64,000 nt of DNA, taken from positions 891 to 64,890 of the forward strand of contig JAIPFR010000001.1 in the NCBI GenBank assembly GCA_021736525.1, read 5' to 3'. The notes under the pieces were generated by a model that saw only the letters and a program-made list of their open reading frames with translations, did not search any database and was not told the origin of the DNA. Source of the stretch: Spirochaetia bacterium. GTDB taxonomy: Bacteria > Spirochaetota > Spirochaetia > JABMQR01. Within the stretch, counting starts at the first letter, position 1; each line of letters begins with the position of its first letter. A program made the position numbers and the translations under genes. This document shows positions 37,169-46,752 of this stretch, piece after piece.

Positions 37169-39173
37169 GTTCAAGCTCCTCAAGTTCCTGGTGGGTTTCT
37201 TCCCATATACAGAATGCTTTTTCTAACTCTCTTTCCAGATCTGTTCTCTCTGATGATAGTTTTTTCATCATGTCACCGTTCTGGTAATTTTCAGGGTCAG
37301 CCATCTGCATGTTCACCGCTTCTATGCGTTTCTCAATGTTCTCAATCTCCTCCATGCTGACTTCAGCCTGCTTGCGAAGCGATTTTATTCTATTCCTTAC
37401 CGCATTCTGGTTTTTATAGGCGATACTGTTTTTATCGAGTCCCGAAGCAGGGCCAATACCGCTTTTTGATTTATCTGACCGCTTGATATCCTTACTCTGC
37501 ATTGGTTGTTCATTTGCTTGAGAGCCGGTTTCAATATATTGGTTTCTTTTCTCGAGCACCCAGGCAAAATATTCGTATTCTCCTTCGAAAATCTCCATTC
37601 CGGATTCCGACATGTAAAATATCCGATTAGCAAGATTTCTGATGAAATAACTGTCATGAGAAACAAAAATAAGGGTGCCGGTAAAAGACTTCAGGGCTTC
37701 AAGCAGTACATCCTTGGCCGATAAATCAAGATGATTGGTAGGCTCATCAAGTACCAGGACGTTGTATGGTTTCAGCAGCAGCTTCAGAAGGGCCAGTCGG
37801 CTTTTTTCTCCTCCGCTCAGGATGGAAACCGATTTGAAAATATCATCACCTCTGAATAAAAAAGAGCCGAGGTAAGATCTGAGCTTTGGGATAAGCCCGG
37901 TTGGCGCCTCTTTTTCAAGCTCCTCGTATACGGTCAAGTCTCCCGTAAGACTTTTATCAGAATCCTGAGCAAAATATCCTATGGACACCCCTGATCCTTC
38001 ACGCAGTTCACCATCAAATGTTTTATCTGCTCCGGCAAGGATTCTCAGCAGCGTCGATTTTCCTGCGCCGTTCTTCCCTGAAACAGCAATACGATCACCT
38101 TTAGCTATTGAAAAATTCAAGTTTGATAATACGGGTTCTGCACCATAGGATTTGCTTAAAGATTCAGCTATGAATATTTGATTTCCGGAATGTTTTCCAG
38201 GCGGAAACGAAAAACGTATTTTTTTCAAGTTTTCAGGAAGCTCTATCCTCTCGATTTTTTCCAGCATAGAAACTCTGCTCTGAACCTGACGGGCTTTAGA
38301 TTCCTTGTACCTGAACCGCTCGATAAACTGTTCTATGCGTTGAATCTCATTCTGCTGCTGTTCATAGAGCTTAATAAGCTGCTCATTACGCTGTTCCCGC
38401 TGCTTTTCAAATGAAGAATAATTTCCTGCATAACGGGTCAGGGCTCCTTGAAATATCTCTTCGACTGAATTTACGGTATCGTCCAGAAAGTCACGATCAT
38501 GTGATACAACGAGTATCCCTCCCTTGTAGCGTGATATATAGTTTTTCAGCCATATGCGTGCTTCAACATCGAGATAATTCGTAGGTTCATCCAGCAGGAG
38601 GAAATCCGCCTGCTCCAGAAGTACTTTAGCGAGAGCAATCCGCATTTGCCAGCCGCCGGAAAATTCTCTGCATGAGCGCTTGACATCAGCTGCAGAAAAA
38701 CCTAAACCTTGAAGAACATGATAAATACGCGCTTCGCGCTGAAAATACCCCGAGTTAAGAAGTTGTTCATTAAGGTGGTGATGTTCATGCAGAAGCGGTT
38801 CAAGCGATACGGAATCTCCCGATGCAGAATGATCGGCTGCCTGCTGCGAAATGTTGTTTTCAAGACTGCGGACAGCAGCCTGTATATCATGATAAAAGGA
38901 AAAAGCCTCATCAGCAGCTGCATATACACTGGTATCAGGCAGGATATAATCTGATTGCGGAAGATAGGTTATCCTGGCTCCCCGCGAAACATGGATGGAA
39001 CCCGAATCCGGTTTAATCATACCGCTGATTATTTTCATCAGGGTTGATTTTCCGCTGCCGTTAGCTCCGGCAAGGGCAGTACGGCTAGTCTCAGAAAGAT
39101 GTATCGATGCCGAGCTGAGAATATCCCTGTCTCCAAACGCTAATGATACTGATTCCAGCTGTAATGTCGGCAC
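37158..39173 (-). CDS. ABC-F family ribosome-associated ATPase (YheS/Uup-like) with C-terminal coiled coil
   Basis: Two ABC cassettes (GANGSGKS/FSGGW/LLDEPTN and GKNGAGKS/LSGGE/LDEPTNH), linker FIERFRYK..KA, no TM segments; GTG start with SD AGGAGA. Confidence 0.93.
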   Translation of the reverse strand: MPTLQLESVSLAFGDRDILSSASIHLSETSRTALAGANGSGKSTLMKIISGMIKPDSGSIHVSRGARITYLPQSDYILPDTSVYAAADEAFSFYHDIQAAVRSLENNISQQAADHSASGDSVSLEPLLHEHHHLNEQLLNSGYFQREARIYHVLQGLGFSAADVKRSCREFSGGWQMRIALAKVLLEQADFLLLDEPTNYLDVEARIWLKNYISRYKGGILVVSHDRDFLDDTVNSVEEIFQGALTRYAGNYSSFEKQREQRNEQLIKLYEQQQNEIQRIEQFIERFRYKESKARQVQSRVSMLEKIERIELPENLKKIRFSFPPGKHSGNQIFIAESLSKSYGAEPVLSNLNFSIAKGDRIAVSGKNGAGKSTLLRILAGADKTFDGELREGSGVSIGYFAQDSDKSLTGDLTVYEELEKEAPTGLIPKLRSYLGSFLFRGDDIFKSVSILSGGEKSRLALLKLLLKPYNVLVLDEPTNHLDLSAKDVLLEALKSFTGTLIFVSHDSYFIRNLANRIFYMSESGMEIFEGEYEYFAWVLEKRNQYIETGSQANEQPMQSKDIKRSDKSKSGIGPASGLDKNSIAYKNQNAVRNRIKSLRKQAEVSMEEIENIEKRIEAVNMQMADPENYQNGDMMKKLSSERTDLERELEKAFCIWEETHQELEELEHES

Positions 39174-39297
39174 AAGCAATCTCCTGAATTTCCTGCAGTC
39201 TTCATGCATAGTACCTATCATAAACCGATTCGATTTTCAATAGAGTGACTATTCCGGAATCATTCTCAGCGCTTCTAACTAATATAGGTCAATGCTT

Positions 39298-39338
39298 CTG
39301 TAAACAATATTGATTGTTTACAGTCGATTAAATAGAAT
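39298..39338 (+). promoter_or_regulatory. aroDE promoter overlapped by an 11-bp perfect inverted repeat (candidate operator)
   Basis: CTGTAAACAAT-attg-ATTGTTTACAG (39298-39323) spans TTGATT (39310-39315), then 17 nt, then TAGAAT (39333-39338). Confidence 0.55.
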
Positions 39339-39417
39339 AAGGGAAATACTCAGATCTGTACCATGGAAGCGTTTTATCTGGAAGTCTGATTGACGACTGT
39401 GCACCTGGAGAAAAATT

Positions 39418-40875
39418 ATGCTCTGTCTTACTTTAACAGAAACCAGTCTGGAAAAAGATCTTCTGCAGTTTCAAAAAAACAGAGATCTTATCGATATGGC
39501 AGAGCTGAGGATAGATTTACTGGGATCGGAAATCTCAGTTGATGCTCTCCGGAGATTCCCCTCCCTGTGCGATAAACCGGTAATCCTGACTTGCCGTCGA
39601 AAAAAAGATGGCGGATTGTTTTCTCAAAGTGAAAGGGTGAGGGTCAATCTGTTAAAAAGACTCGCTTCTGGAAATTTTGCATACTGCGACTTGGAAGATG
39701 AACTGCCCAGAGGGGAAATAGACCTGACCTTCAGGGAAAAGGGCACCAGAATAATCCGCTCATTTCATGACATGACGGCAGTTCCGGGGAATTTGTTTAC
39801 ACGAATGCAGAAAATCGCAGAGCAGGGGGAGATTCCAAAAGCTGCTGTTATGCCGAATTCATTTGCAGATACGGCACGTATCTTTGAAGCGAAGAATGAA
39901 CTGCAGAAAATTGAACGAAAAATCATTATTGGAATGGGAAATTATGGAGTTCCTACCAGAATATTATATAAAAAAACAGGTTCATTTCTCACCTTCTGCT
40001 CAGCACCTGGAAGCAGTCCGGGAGCTCCCGGTCACTTAAATACAGAAAGTCTCCGAAAGCTTTACCGTTCTGATCAAATTACTGATGATACATCAATCTA
40101 TGGTATCATCGGTAATCCGGTAATGCATTCAGCTTCTCCCGCTATTCACAATCCAGGATACCATCGTCTTGGCATTGATGCCGTATATGTTCCTTTCATG
40201 GTTGACTCAGTACGGACGTTTTTCCCATTTGCAGAGTGGTTTGGAATTAAAGGTTTTTCCGTGACCGTTCCGCACAAGCAGAATGTACTTCCGTATCTTG
40301 GAAATATATCTCGAGAAGTTAAGCAGATTGGCAGCTGCAATACGGTTGTAAGAACAAAAAAGCTTTGGAAGGGCATCAATACTGATTACTATGGGTTTCT
40401 GCATCCGATTCATGAAGATTTGGAGATGGGCCACCTGAAACGTGCTTTAGTTATTGGAGCCGGGGGGGCTGCGCGTTCAGTAGTCTGGGCATTGAGGAAT
40501 TTCGGCTGCAGTGTTTATATAACAAATAGAACATTTGATAAAGCAGAAAGGCTTGCAGCTGAAACAGGTTCATCTGCGATTACACTCCAGGAAGCTAGCC
40601 GGCTCTGTGCCGACGAAGCGGAAAAATATCCTGACTTAATCATTCAAACAACCAGTGCCGGTATGGATCCGGATATTGAAAGCGACCCACTGCCGGAATA
40701 TAAGTTTACCGGTGAAGAAATAGTTTATGAGCTTGTTTACAAACCGCGAATAACCCGCTTTCTTAATCGAGCGATTCAGTCAGGCTGCAGAATTGTGTAC
40801 GGTTATGAAATGCTGTATGCCCAGGGTATACAGCAGTTTAAATCTTTCACAGGATTTGACTATCCGCAAAATTAA
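39418..40875 (+). CDS. aroE: Bifunctional type I 3-dehydroquinate dehydratase / shikimate dehydrogenase (AroD-AroE fusion)
   Basis: N-half ELRID, TCRR..DGG, SFHD, K.A.M, MG, APG; C-half GNPV.HS.SP.IHN, VTVPHK, CNT, NTD, GAGGAA, NRT, VYKP, G.EML..QG. Confidence 0.93.
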   Translation: MLCLTLTETSLEKDLLQFQKNRDLIDMAELRIDLLGSEISVDALRRFPSLCDKPVILTCRRKKDGGLFSQSERVRVNLLKRLASGNFAYCDLEDELPRGEIDLTFREKGTRIIRSFHDMTAVPGNLFTRMQKIAEQGEIPKAAVMPNSFADTARIFEAKNELQKIERKIIIGMGNYGVPTRILYKKTGSFLTFCSAPGSSPGAPGHLNTESLRKLYRSDQITDDTSIYGIIGNPVMHSASPAIHNPGYHRLGIDAVYVPFMVDSVRTFFPFAEWFGIKGFSVTVPHKQNVLPYLGNISREVKQIGSCNTVVRTKKLWKGINTDYYGFLHPIHEDLEMGHLKRALVIGAGGAARSVVWALRNFGCSVYITNRTFDKAERLAAETGSSAITLQEASRLCADEAEKYPDLIIQTTSAGMDPDIESDPLPEYKFTGEEIVYELVYKPRITRFLNRAIQSGCRIVYGYEMLYAQGIQQFKSFTGFDYPQN

Positions 40876-43064
40876 GGGGTGAACAAAGATGCATGAAGTT
40901 TTCTCAGTAAAAACACCTTTCTCACAGTATAGGATCTTTCAATACCCTCAGGCAGGGTTTTTCCTGTAATAACCGCATCTTGCCGGGCAGGGTACTGGAG
41001 AGATGTCGGCTGAAGAAGTGTGACGATTTCCCTACGGGATGCGTCACGCTCATGAATTTCAAGAAGCTCATTTTTTTTACTGAGAGCATCCTTACAGAGG
41101 TTTATTTTCCCCTGATAATCAAGACCCCGTGCCTCGCTGATTGTGGCATGGATTCGCGATCCCTTTATCTGCTCATCTGAAAGTATAAGCTTTTTATCAA
41201 TTCTAGCCCTGAAATCTTCGGTATCTTTTTCCGAGAGCTTTTTGAGATTAAGAGAGTTCAGCAGATCCTCTACGAATCCAGGAACGTTCTTTTCTGTATC
41301 TTCAGGAATGGCATACGCAGAATCTGCCTTCATTATCACTGAAAGGTTGATGTTTGATAAGTAATTATTTACTGTCTCAAGACTATCATCGATAAAGCTC
41401 ATTACCGACGGCTGCTGCATAGGCTCTTCGCTGCTTGAAGGTTTTTCAACATTTGAATATTTTGTCTTTGGAAGGTACTCAATGCCGAAAGAGGATAAAC
41501 AGCTTCTCCACACTTTTTCAGATTTACGGTCCATGAGAAACAAGCCTTCAGCCAGTGTTTCCAGAATGTATTGTTTAAAATCAGGATGAGAAGTTATGAT
41601 ACGGCTCATTGCTGCGTCTGCTTTCAGTACAATACCGGAAAGCAGCGATACTCGATTGTAACTGTCCCTCCATGTCTGCAAGGTCCGGAGTATGAGCGGG
41701 GGAACTTGAAATCCTGAGGCTTTCTCACAGGCAGATTGAAAATCTGTTATACTTCGGCCCATGTCGCAAGCTCTCAGGAAGCTCTTTTTAGTCAGGTCGA
41801 ATGAATACAGGATATCAATTTTTCTCAATTCAAGAAAAACCAGCAAATCAAAAGCATTCTCTGTATTAATTGAGGGGTCTGCGCGAATAGTAAAGTCTGA
41901 ATCCAAGGATGCAAAAGGTTTGGAAAGCATCTTCTGCGAAAGAGCAGGTGAGGAATTATCGGATTCTGCAAAAATCGGGTGTCTCGGGAACAGCTTACTG
42001 AAAAAGACTGTTATTCCAGGGTTTACGGCGTAATACCCTTCATATTGAGTGGGATAAAGAATCTGCTGTGACACCAGGACTTCCATTAATGGATTAAGAA
42101 GGATTTCTTGAAATTCCATGGAGTTTTTCTCGCTGCTGATTATTCGTGAAATTATGATCAGTCTTTGCAGGGCTTTCTCCCCGATCACGTTAAGGTTTCC
42201 TGCTGTCAGGAAAATCAGGAAAAACAACAATTGACTCATAATTTCCCGGGTAGGTGAGAGCCCCAGCAAAGCAGCTAAACCCGGCAGAAGCAGTCGCTGC
42301 GAGAGGGGTGACCCAGATATATCAGCAACAGATCGAATATCAAGATCGGACGCTATACAGGGAATATTCTTTTTTATTTCAACAATACCCAGTGTATTAA
42401 ATGCGCTGATTGCCAGATTCCATGCAGAAGAAAGTATTTCAGCAGTTTCAGGATTGCCGGAAATACTGGTGAATTTTTCTGACATCAGCTTTGGGGGCTG
42501 TCCGTCCGTTTGTTCTGCAGTGTTTCGCTGAAGAAGATGAACCAGTACTGTTGGAATGAAGAAACCATTGCTCAGACAGTCGGCAGGCAGCGGCTTAGCA
42601 GCAGCGGGCAATAAAACATTTTCAACTATTACTTGATTATTGCCGCAGCCAATCAGCAATGAAAAATCGATGAGTTTTTTTTCTGCCAGATCGTGGAAAA
42701 GAGGATTGATCTGAAGTCCGGTTCCGTCAGTCGAGGTAAGAAGGAGGAGACGTTCTTCAAGGTTAAGAACAGCATAATGCAGCTGAAAAAATTCAAGCTC
42801 ATCCTTGAAGATTTCATAAATATCCTGAATTGAAGGCTCTTCAAGCATGGATACTGCTGTCAGTATCTTCCTGTCCACGGTATCTGCTATTTCTGCTATT
42901 CGCTGCAGCACCTCGGTCCTGGTAAGAAAAGAGATAAGCTTTTTAATGAGGGTAGGTTTATGGAACGGTGTCTGAAGCGGACCCAGATAGTTTCGCATGA
43001 TATAGAAAAATGTATCATCGGGCATTGAGAGCAGAAGACTTGTGAACACATCCTGTTTATCCAT
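40872..43064 (-). CDS. XPB-associated protein with Helicase_C_3 (XPB N-terminal-like) domain and WYL-like C-terminus
   Basis: DSDFTI...LELRKID..YSFDLTKKSF.RA.D.G...VP......W resembles the N-terminus of the neighbouring XPB; no Walker motifs. Confidence 0.65.
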   Translation of the reverse strand: MDKQDVFTSLLLSMPDDTFFYIMRNYLGPLQTPFHKPTLIKKLISFLTRTEVLQRIAEIADTVDRKILTAVSMLEEPSIQDIYEIFKDELEFFQLHYAVLNLEERLLLLTSTDGTGLQINPLFHDLAEKKLIDFSLLIGCGNNQVIVENVLLPAAAKPLPADCLSNGFFIPTVLVHLLQRNTAEQTDGQPPKLMSEKFTSISGNPETAEILSSAWNLAISAFNTLGIVEIKKNIPCIASDLDIRSVADISGSPLSQRLLLPGLAALLGLSPTREIMSQLLFFLIFLTAGNLNVIGEKALQRLIIISRIISSEKNSMEFQEILLNPLMEVLVSQQILYPTQYEGYYAVNPGITVFFSKLFPRHPIFAESDNSSPALSQKMLSKPFASLDSDFTIRADPSINTENAFDLLVFLELRKIDILYSFDLTKKSFLRACDMGRSITDFQSACEKASGFQVPPLILRTLQTWRDSYNRVSLLSGIVLKADAAMSRIITSHPDFKQYILETLAEGLFLMDRKSEKVWRSCLSSFGIEYLPKTKYSNVEKPSSSEEPMQQPSVMSFIDDSLETVNNYLSNINLSVIMKADSAYAIPEDTEKNVPGFVEDLLNSLNLKKLSEKDTEDFRARIDKKLILSDEQIKGSRIHATISEARGLDYQGKINLCKDALSKKNELLEIHERDASRREIVTLLQPTSLQYPARQDAVITGKTLPEGIERSYTVRKVFLLRKLHASLFTP

Positions 43065-43069
43065 GATAA

Positions 43070-44797
43070 TTAATCCCAATTCTCAATATGATACTTATAG
43101 CCTTGTTCAATAAGAAATTTCTGTCTGTTAGCAGAAAATTCTTCCTCGGTAGTAAAACGGGTGACAATGGAATAGAAACTTGACCCGTGCTCTTTAGGTC
43201 GAAGAATGCGTCCCAACCTTTGGGCTTCCTCCTGTCTGGAGCCGAAGGTGCCCGAAACTTGTATCGCTACGGATGCATCAGGCAGATCAATTGCGAAATT
43301 AGCAACTTTGGAAACAATTAAAATCCGCTGCTCACCCCTGCGGAAAGCACCATAGAGTTCTTCACGTCTGGCATTCTGAGTTAAGCCGGTAATGATCGGC
43401 TGCTTAAGTTCTTCCGCTAATTCTTTCAGTTGGGAAATGTATTGACCGATAACAAGAATGTAATCATCAGGATGGTTTTCAATAAGCTGTTTGACAACAT
43501 CTATTTTAAGAGGGTTTTCTGCTGCAATGCGATGCTTCTCCCGTCTGGTCCCGACGGCATAAGATAACTCCAGCTCCTGTTTGAGCGGAATGCGAATTTC
43601 ATAGCAGTTGGCTTCGGCAATCCAACCCTTCTGTTCCAGTTCCTTCCAGGGAACGTCATAACGTTTGGGCCCAACGAGAGAGAACACTTCATCCTCACGA
43701 TTATCTTCACGAACTAACGTTGCGGTGAGCCCCAGTCGGCTGATAGCCTGTATCTCTGCAGTAACTTTGAAGACTGGCGCGGGGAGAACATGTACTTCAT
43801 CATAGATAATCAGTCCCCAATTACGTTTGCTGAAAATACTGAAATGGGGAAAATCGCTCAGCTTGTCCTTTCTCCACGTCAGAATCTGGTATGTGCAGAC
43901 AGTAATTGGACAGATTTCCTTCTTGAATCCGGTATATTCACCGATCTGATCACGTTCTAGCGTTGTTTTATCAAGAAGTTCAAACATCCATTGATGCACT
44001 GCCGCCGTGTTGGTGGTGAGAATCAGGGTGTTAGTCTGAAGCGCTTCAATTACAGCAATACCGATAATTGTTTTTCCCGAACCGCAGGGAAGCACCAGAG
44101 TGCCGAAACCGGAGCAGCCATTGCCGGAAGCAGTAAAAGAATCCCTTGCTTCAAATTGGTAGTTCCTTATATCAAAAGGATATCCCGATAGAGTTTGACT
44201 TCGCAGGCTGACCGGCAGCGGATCTCCTTCCCTCAGGGGGCATTGATCATCAACCGGATACCCTGCTTTGATCAACTGAAGTTTCAGCTCTCCGCGATTA
44301 TACAGATGAACCAGAAACCCCAGCTGAATATCTTTCTGGTTCTCAATGTTTCTGCCGGTCAGATCAGGGTCAACGTTTTCCGGCAGGGGGGCAAGCAAAG
44401 ATGCTATATTTTTGCGCGACAGGAGTTCGTGATGAAGATTAGCTTCTGGTACATATAGATAAAGAAACTGATCGTTTTGGTTAATTCTGTGCAGTGAGAG
44501 AAGTCCATATCTGTTTATGGTTTCCTTTATAAAATAGAGGACATTTTCCGGGATGGGAAATCTGGACCAGAAAGAGAGTTCTTCGATAATCCTTTCGGCT
44601 GTGAACCCGGCTGAAGCGGCGTTCCAGATTGACAGAGAGGATAGCAGGTACGTATGGAAATGTTCGGGAGATTTTATCAGTTCAGCGAATGCTGCAAGTG
44701 AGTTGCGGGCATTCTGGAACTCTGGTGAGTGAACTTCGAGTAAAATAGTTCTGTCGCTTTGTATAATTACCGGACGCTCATGATCAGATTCAGTCAT
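43070..44797 (-). CDS. XPB/Ssl2/Rad25-like superfamily 2 DNA helicase
   Basis: IQSDRTILLEV N-domain, R.YQ, LPCGSGKT, DEVH, GLTATLVRED, SKVANFAIDLP, GSRQEEAQRLGRILR. Confidence 0.94.
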   Translation of the reverse strand: MTESDHERPVIIQSDRTILLEVHSPEFQNARNSLAAFAELIKSPEHFHTYLLSSLSIWNAASAGFTAERIIEELSFWSRFPIPENVLYFIKETINRYGLLSLHRINQNDQFLYLYVPEANLHHELLSRKNIASLLAPLPENVDPDLTGRNIENQKDIQLGFLVHLYNRGELKLQLIKAGYPVDDQCPLREGDPLPVSLRSQTLSGYPFDIRNYQFEARDSFTASGNGCSGFGTLVLPCGSGKTIIGIAVIEALQTNTLILTTNTAAVHQWMFELLDKTTLERDQIGEYTGFKKEICPITVCTYQILTWRKDKLSDFPHFSIFSKRNWGLIIYDEVHVLPAPVFKVTAEIQAISRLGLTATLVREDNREDEVFSLVGPKRYDVPWKELEQKGWIAEANCYEIRIPLKQELELSYAVGTRREKHRIAAENPLKIDVVKQLIENHPDDYILVIGQYISQLKELAEELKQPIITGLTQNARREELYGAFRRGEQRILIVSKVANFAIDLPDASVAIQVSGTFGSRQEEAQRLGRILRPKEHGSSFYSIVTRFTTEEEFSANRQKFLIEQGYKYHIENWD

Positions 44798-44838
44798 TAT
44801 TTTGTACCCTGCTTACTTGTTTTTCAATTTTATCGAAA

Positions 44839-45630
44839 TTATAGATGATATAAGTCCTCCCTCCGGTCAGAAAAAATATGGTTGCGTCTGGTTATATTCT
44901 TATCACGGGCAAGATCAGGATCAATATCTATGATAGCAATTTCCTCCTTGTCAGGAGAGGACGATGCAAGGATAGATCCGTCAGGTCCGGTTATCTGACT
45001 GCCTCCGGTGTAGGTGCATGATACAGGACCTGATTGTTCACTGCCAATTCTATTAGCCAGTATCCAGAATACCCGATTTTCTATCGACCGGGATCTTGTG
45101 GTTATTTGTGCGGCCCCTTCAATAACAAGGTTTGAGGGGTGACAGATTATCTGAGCCCCCAAAAGAGCGAGAGTTCTTGCAGCCTCAGGAAAAAGATGGT
45201 CAAAGCAAATCAGCATGCCGACAGTTGTACCGTTAACGTCAAAAGTAAAGAAATCCTCATTCCCCGGCTTAAAGTGGAGTTTTTCCCTGTTGAACAAGTG
45301 CGCCTTGCGATAGACTTTCATTACTCCTTCAGGGCTTATATAAACGGAACTGTTAAAAAAACTGCCGTCCAGAGCATCCTCTACACAACCGTATACATAG
45401 GAAGTATGGTTTTTAACTGCCATGCTGCTGAAAAAATCTGAAGTAGGACCGGGCAAAGTCTCGGCACAAAGCGCCAGTTCATCCTGGCTGCTGAATAGAT
45501 ATCCGGAGAGAGCGAGTTCAGGCAGTACCAAAAGATCCGTACAATTACCTGAAACAGCTGCAGAAATCTTGTTTCGTGTTTCTTCAAGGTTGTGAAAAAT
45601 TGGTGAATATTGGTAGTAACCTATTTTCAT
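44839..45630 (-). CDS. Carbon-nitrogen hydrolase (nitrilase superfamily)
   Basis: Catalytic triad context LPEL, YRKAHL, ICFD; ANRIG.E, GGSQI. Confidence 0.92.
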   Translation of the reverse strand: MKIGYYQYSPIFHNLEETRNKISAAVSGNCTDLLVLPELALSGYLFSSQDELALCAETLPGPTSDFFSSMAVKNHTSYVYGCVEDALDGSFFNSSVYISPEGVMKVYRKAHLFNREKLHFKPGNEDFFTFDVNGTTVGMLICFDHLFPEAARTLALLGAQIICHPSNLVIEGAAQITTRSRSIENRVFWILANRIGSEQSGPVSCTYTGGSQITGPDGSILASSSPDKEEIAIIDIDPDLARDKNITRRNHIFSDRREDLYHL

Positions 45631-45631
45631 T

Positions 45632-46225
45632 TTATTCTCCTGCCTCTAAATGCATCAAAAAGTTATTAATCATGCCTGCAGATTGTTCAATAGGCTGGTC
45701 GCCCGATATATCTATTATATAATCGGAGATCCCCCTATATTTTTCATCACGCTCCCTGAAAAGATTATGAAAACTGACTTCCGGTGCATTCTGATCAAGA
45801 AATGGAGGTATTCCGTTCTTCATAATCCGTGTCAGAAGAATCTTTTCATCCTGTTGAATGTAGAAAACTGTTCCGCCTGATATTTTAATGTGCTGAATAA
45901 GCCTGTTGTTATCACAAGCTCCGCCGCCAAGAGCAACAAGGAGCCTGGATTCTTTAGCATCAGCTGATTGTGCTAAATAGTTTCGCAGGGATGCAAATTC
46001 AATTTCTGCAAAGGCTTCTCTGCCGAATATACGGTAATACTCTCTTACTGAGACGCTGCGTTCGTATTGATTCTGCAGTGAATCAAGAATAAGATCATCA
46101 GCATCGGAAAATAGAAGATGGTGCTTCTCAGCGATGAGACGTCCGAGAGTGCTTTTCCCACAATGCTTCAATCCGCAAAAGAATAACGGCAGCGGTATTT
46201 TTTTCAGTAGTTGATTATGTTTCAC
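45632..46225 (-). CDS. aroK: Shikimate kinase
   Basis: GLKHCGKST P-loop, DADD, F.EIE, ALGGG, ER..Y; GTG start at 46225 assumed. Confidence 0.85.
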   Translation of the reverse strand: MKHNQLLKKIPLPLFFCGLKHCGKSTLGRLIAEKHHLLFSDADDLILDSLQNQYERSVSVREYYRIFGREAFAEIEFASLRNYLAQSADAKESRLLVALGGGACDNNRLIQHIKISGGTVFYIQQDEKILLTRIMKNGIPPFLDQNAPEVSFHNLFRERDEKYRGISDYIIDISGDQPIEQSAGMINNFLMHLEAGE

Positions 46226-46226
46226 G

Positions 46227-46616
46227 CTAATTCCTGATACGGTCGGATTCCGATTCCGGATCGTCACTATAGGCCCTGAAATTTTCCGGTGATGCATCTC
46301 TATCCAGCAGTATTTTTCGGGAAGCTCTTTCAAACCGCAGAGTAAACAAATTCCTGTAGAGGATTATGAGACTTACCAGCCAGACCAATGCTCCCAGAGC
46401 CGGAAAAGAGGCTCTCAGCAGATCCAGGCCTTCAAGGATAATTATCTCTGCTGCGCTCGCAAACACATCATACAGAACGTCAATGAAAAACATGAATGAA
46501 GCGAAACTGGGGAGAATCCAATAGTAGCCCCACTGCTTGAAAACAGAGAACAGCGAGAAAATAAAAGCTGTCAAATGCAGCACTGCGGCTATCAGCTCGA
46601 TATGAAACAGTTCCAT
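46227..46616 (-). CDS. Small hypothetical membrane protein (about 3 TM helices)
   Basis: Hydrophobic ORF with SD-like GGGAG upstream; abuts aroK. Confidence 0.6.
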   Translation of the reverse strand: MELFHIELIAAVLHLTAFIFSLFSVFKQWGYYWILPSFASFMFFIDVLYDVFASAAEIIILEGLDLLRASFPALGALVWLVSLIILYRNLFTLRFERASRKILLDRDASPENFRAYSDDPESESDRIRN

Positions 46617-46752
46617 GGTTGTGAAGTATTCACGCTCCCTCAAAAAAAATGATTGAATATGCAAGATTGTCGATTACAGACACAGCATAGTATACTATCA
46701 ATAAGCAATTTTGATAAGCGACTGAGAACAAATATTACTTTGAGGTAATTAC

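Noticed and set aside
46687..46698. Palindrome ATAGTATACTAT
   Set aside because: Explained by overlapping TATACT -10 boxes of the divergent dgt and membrane-protein/aroK promoters.
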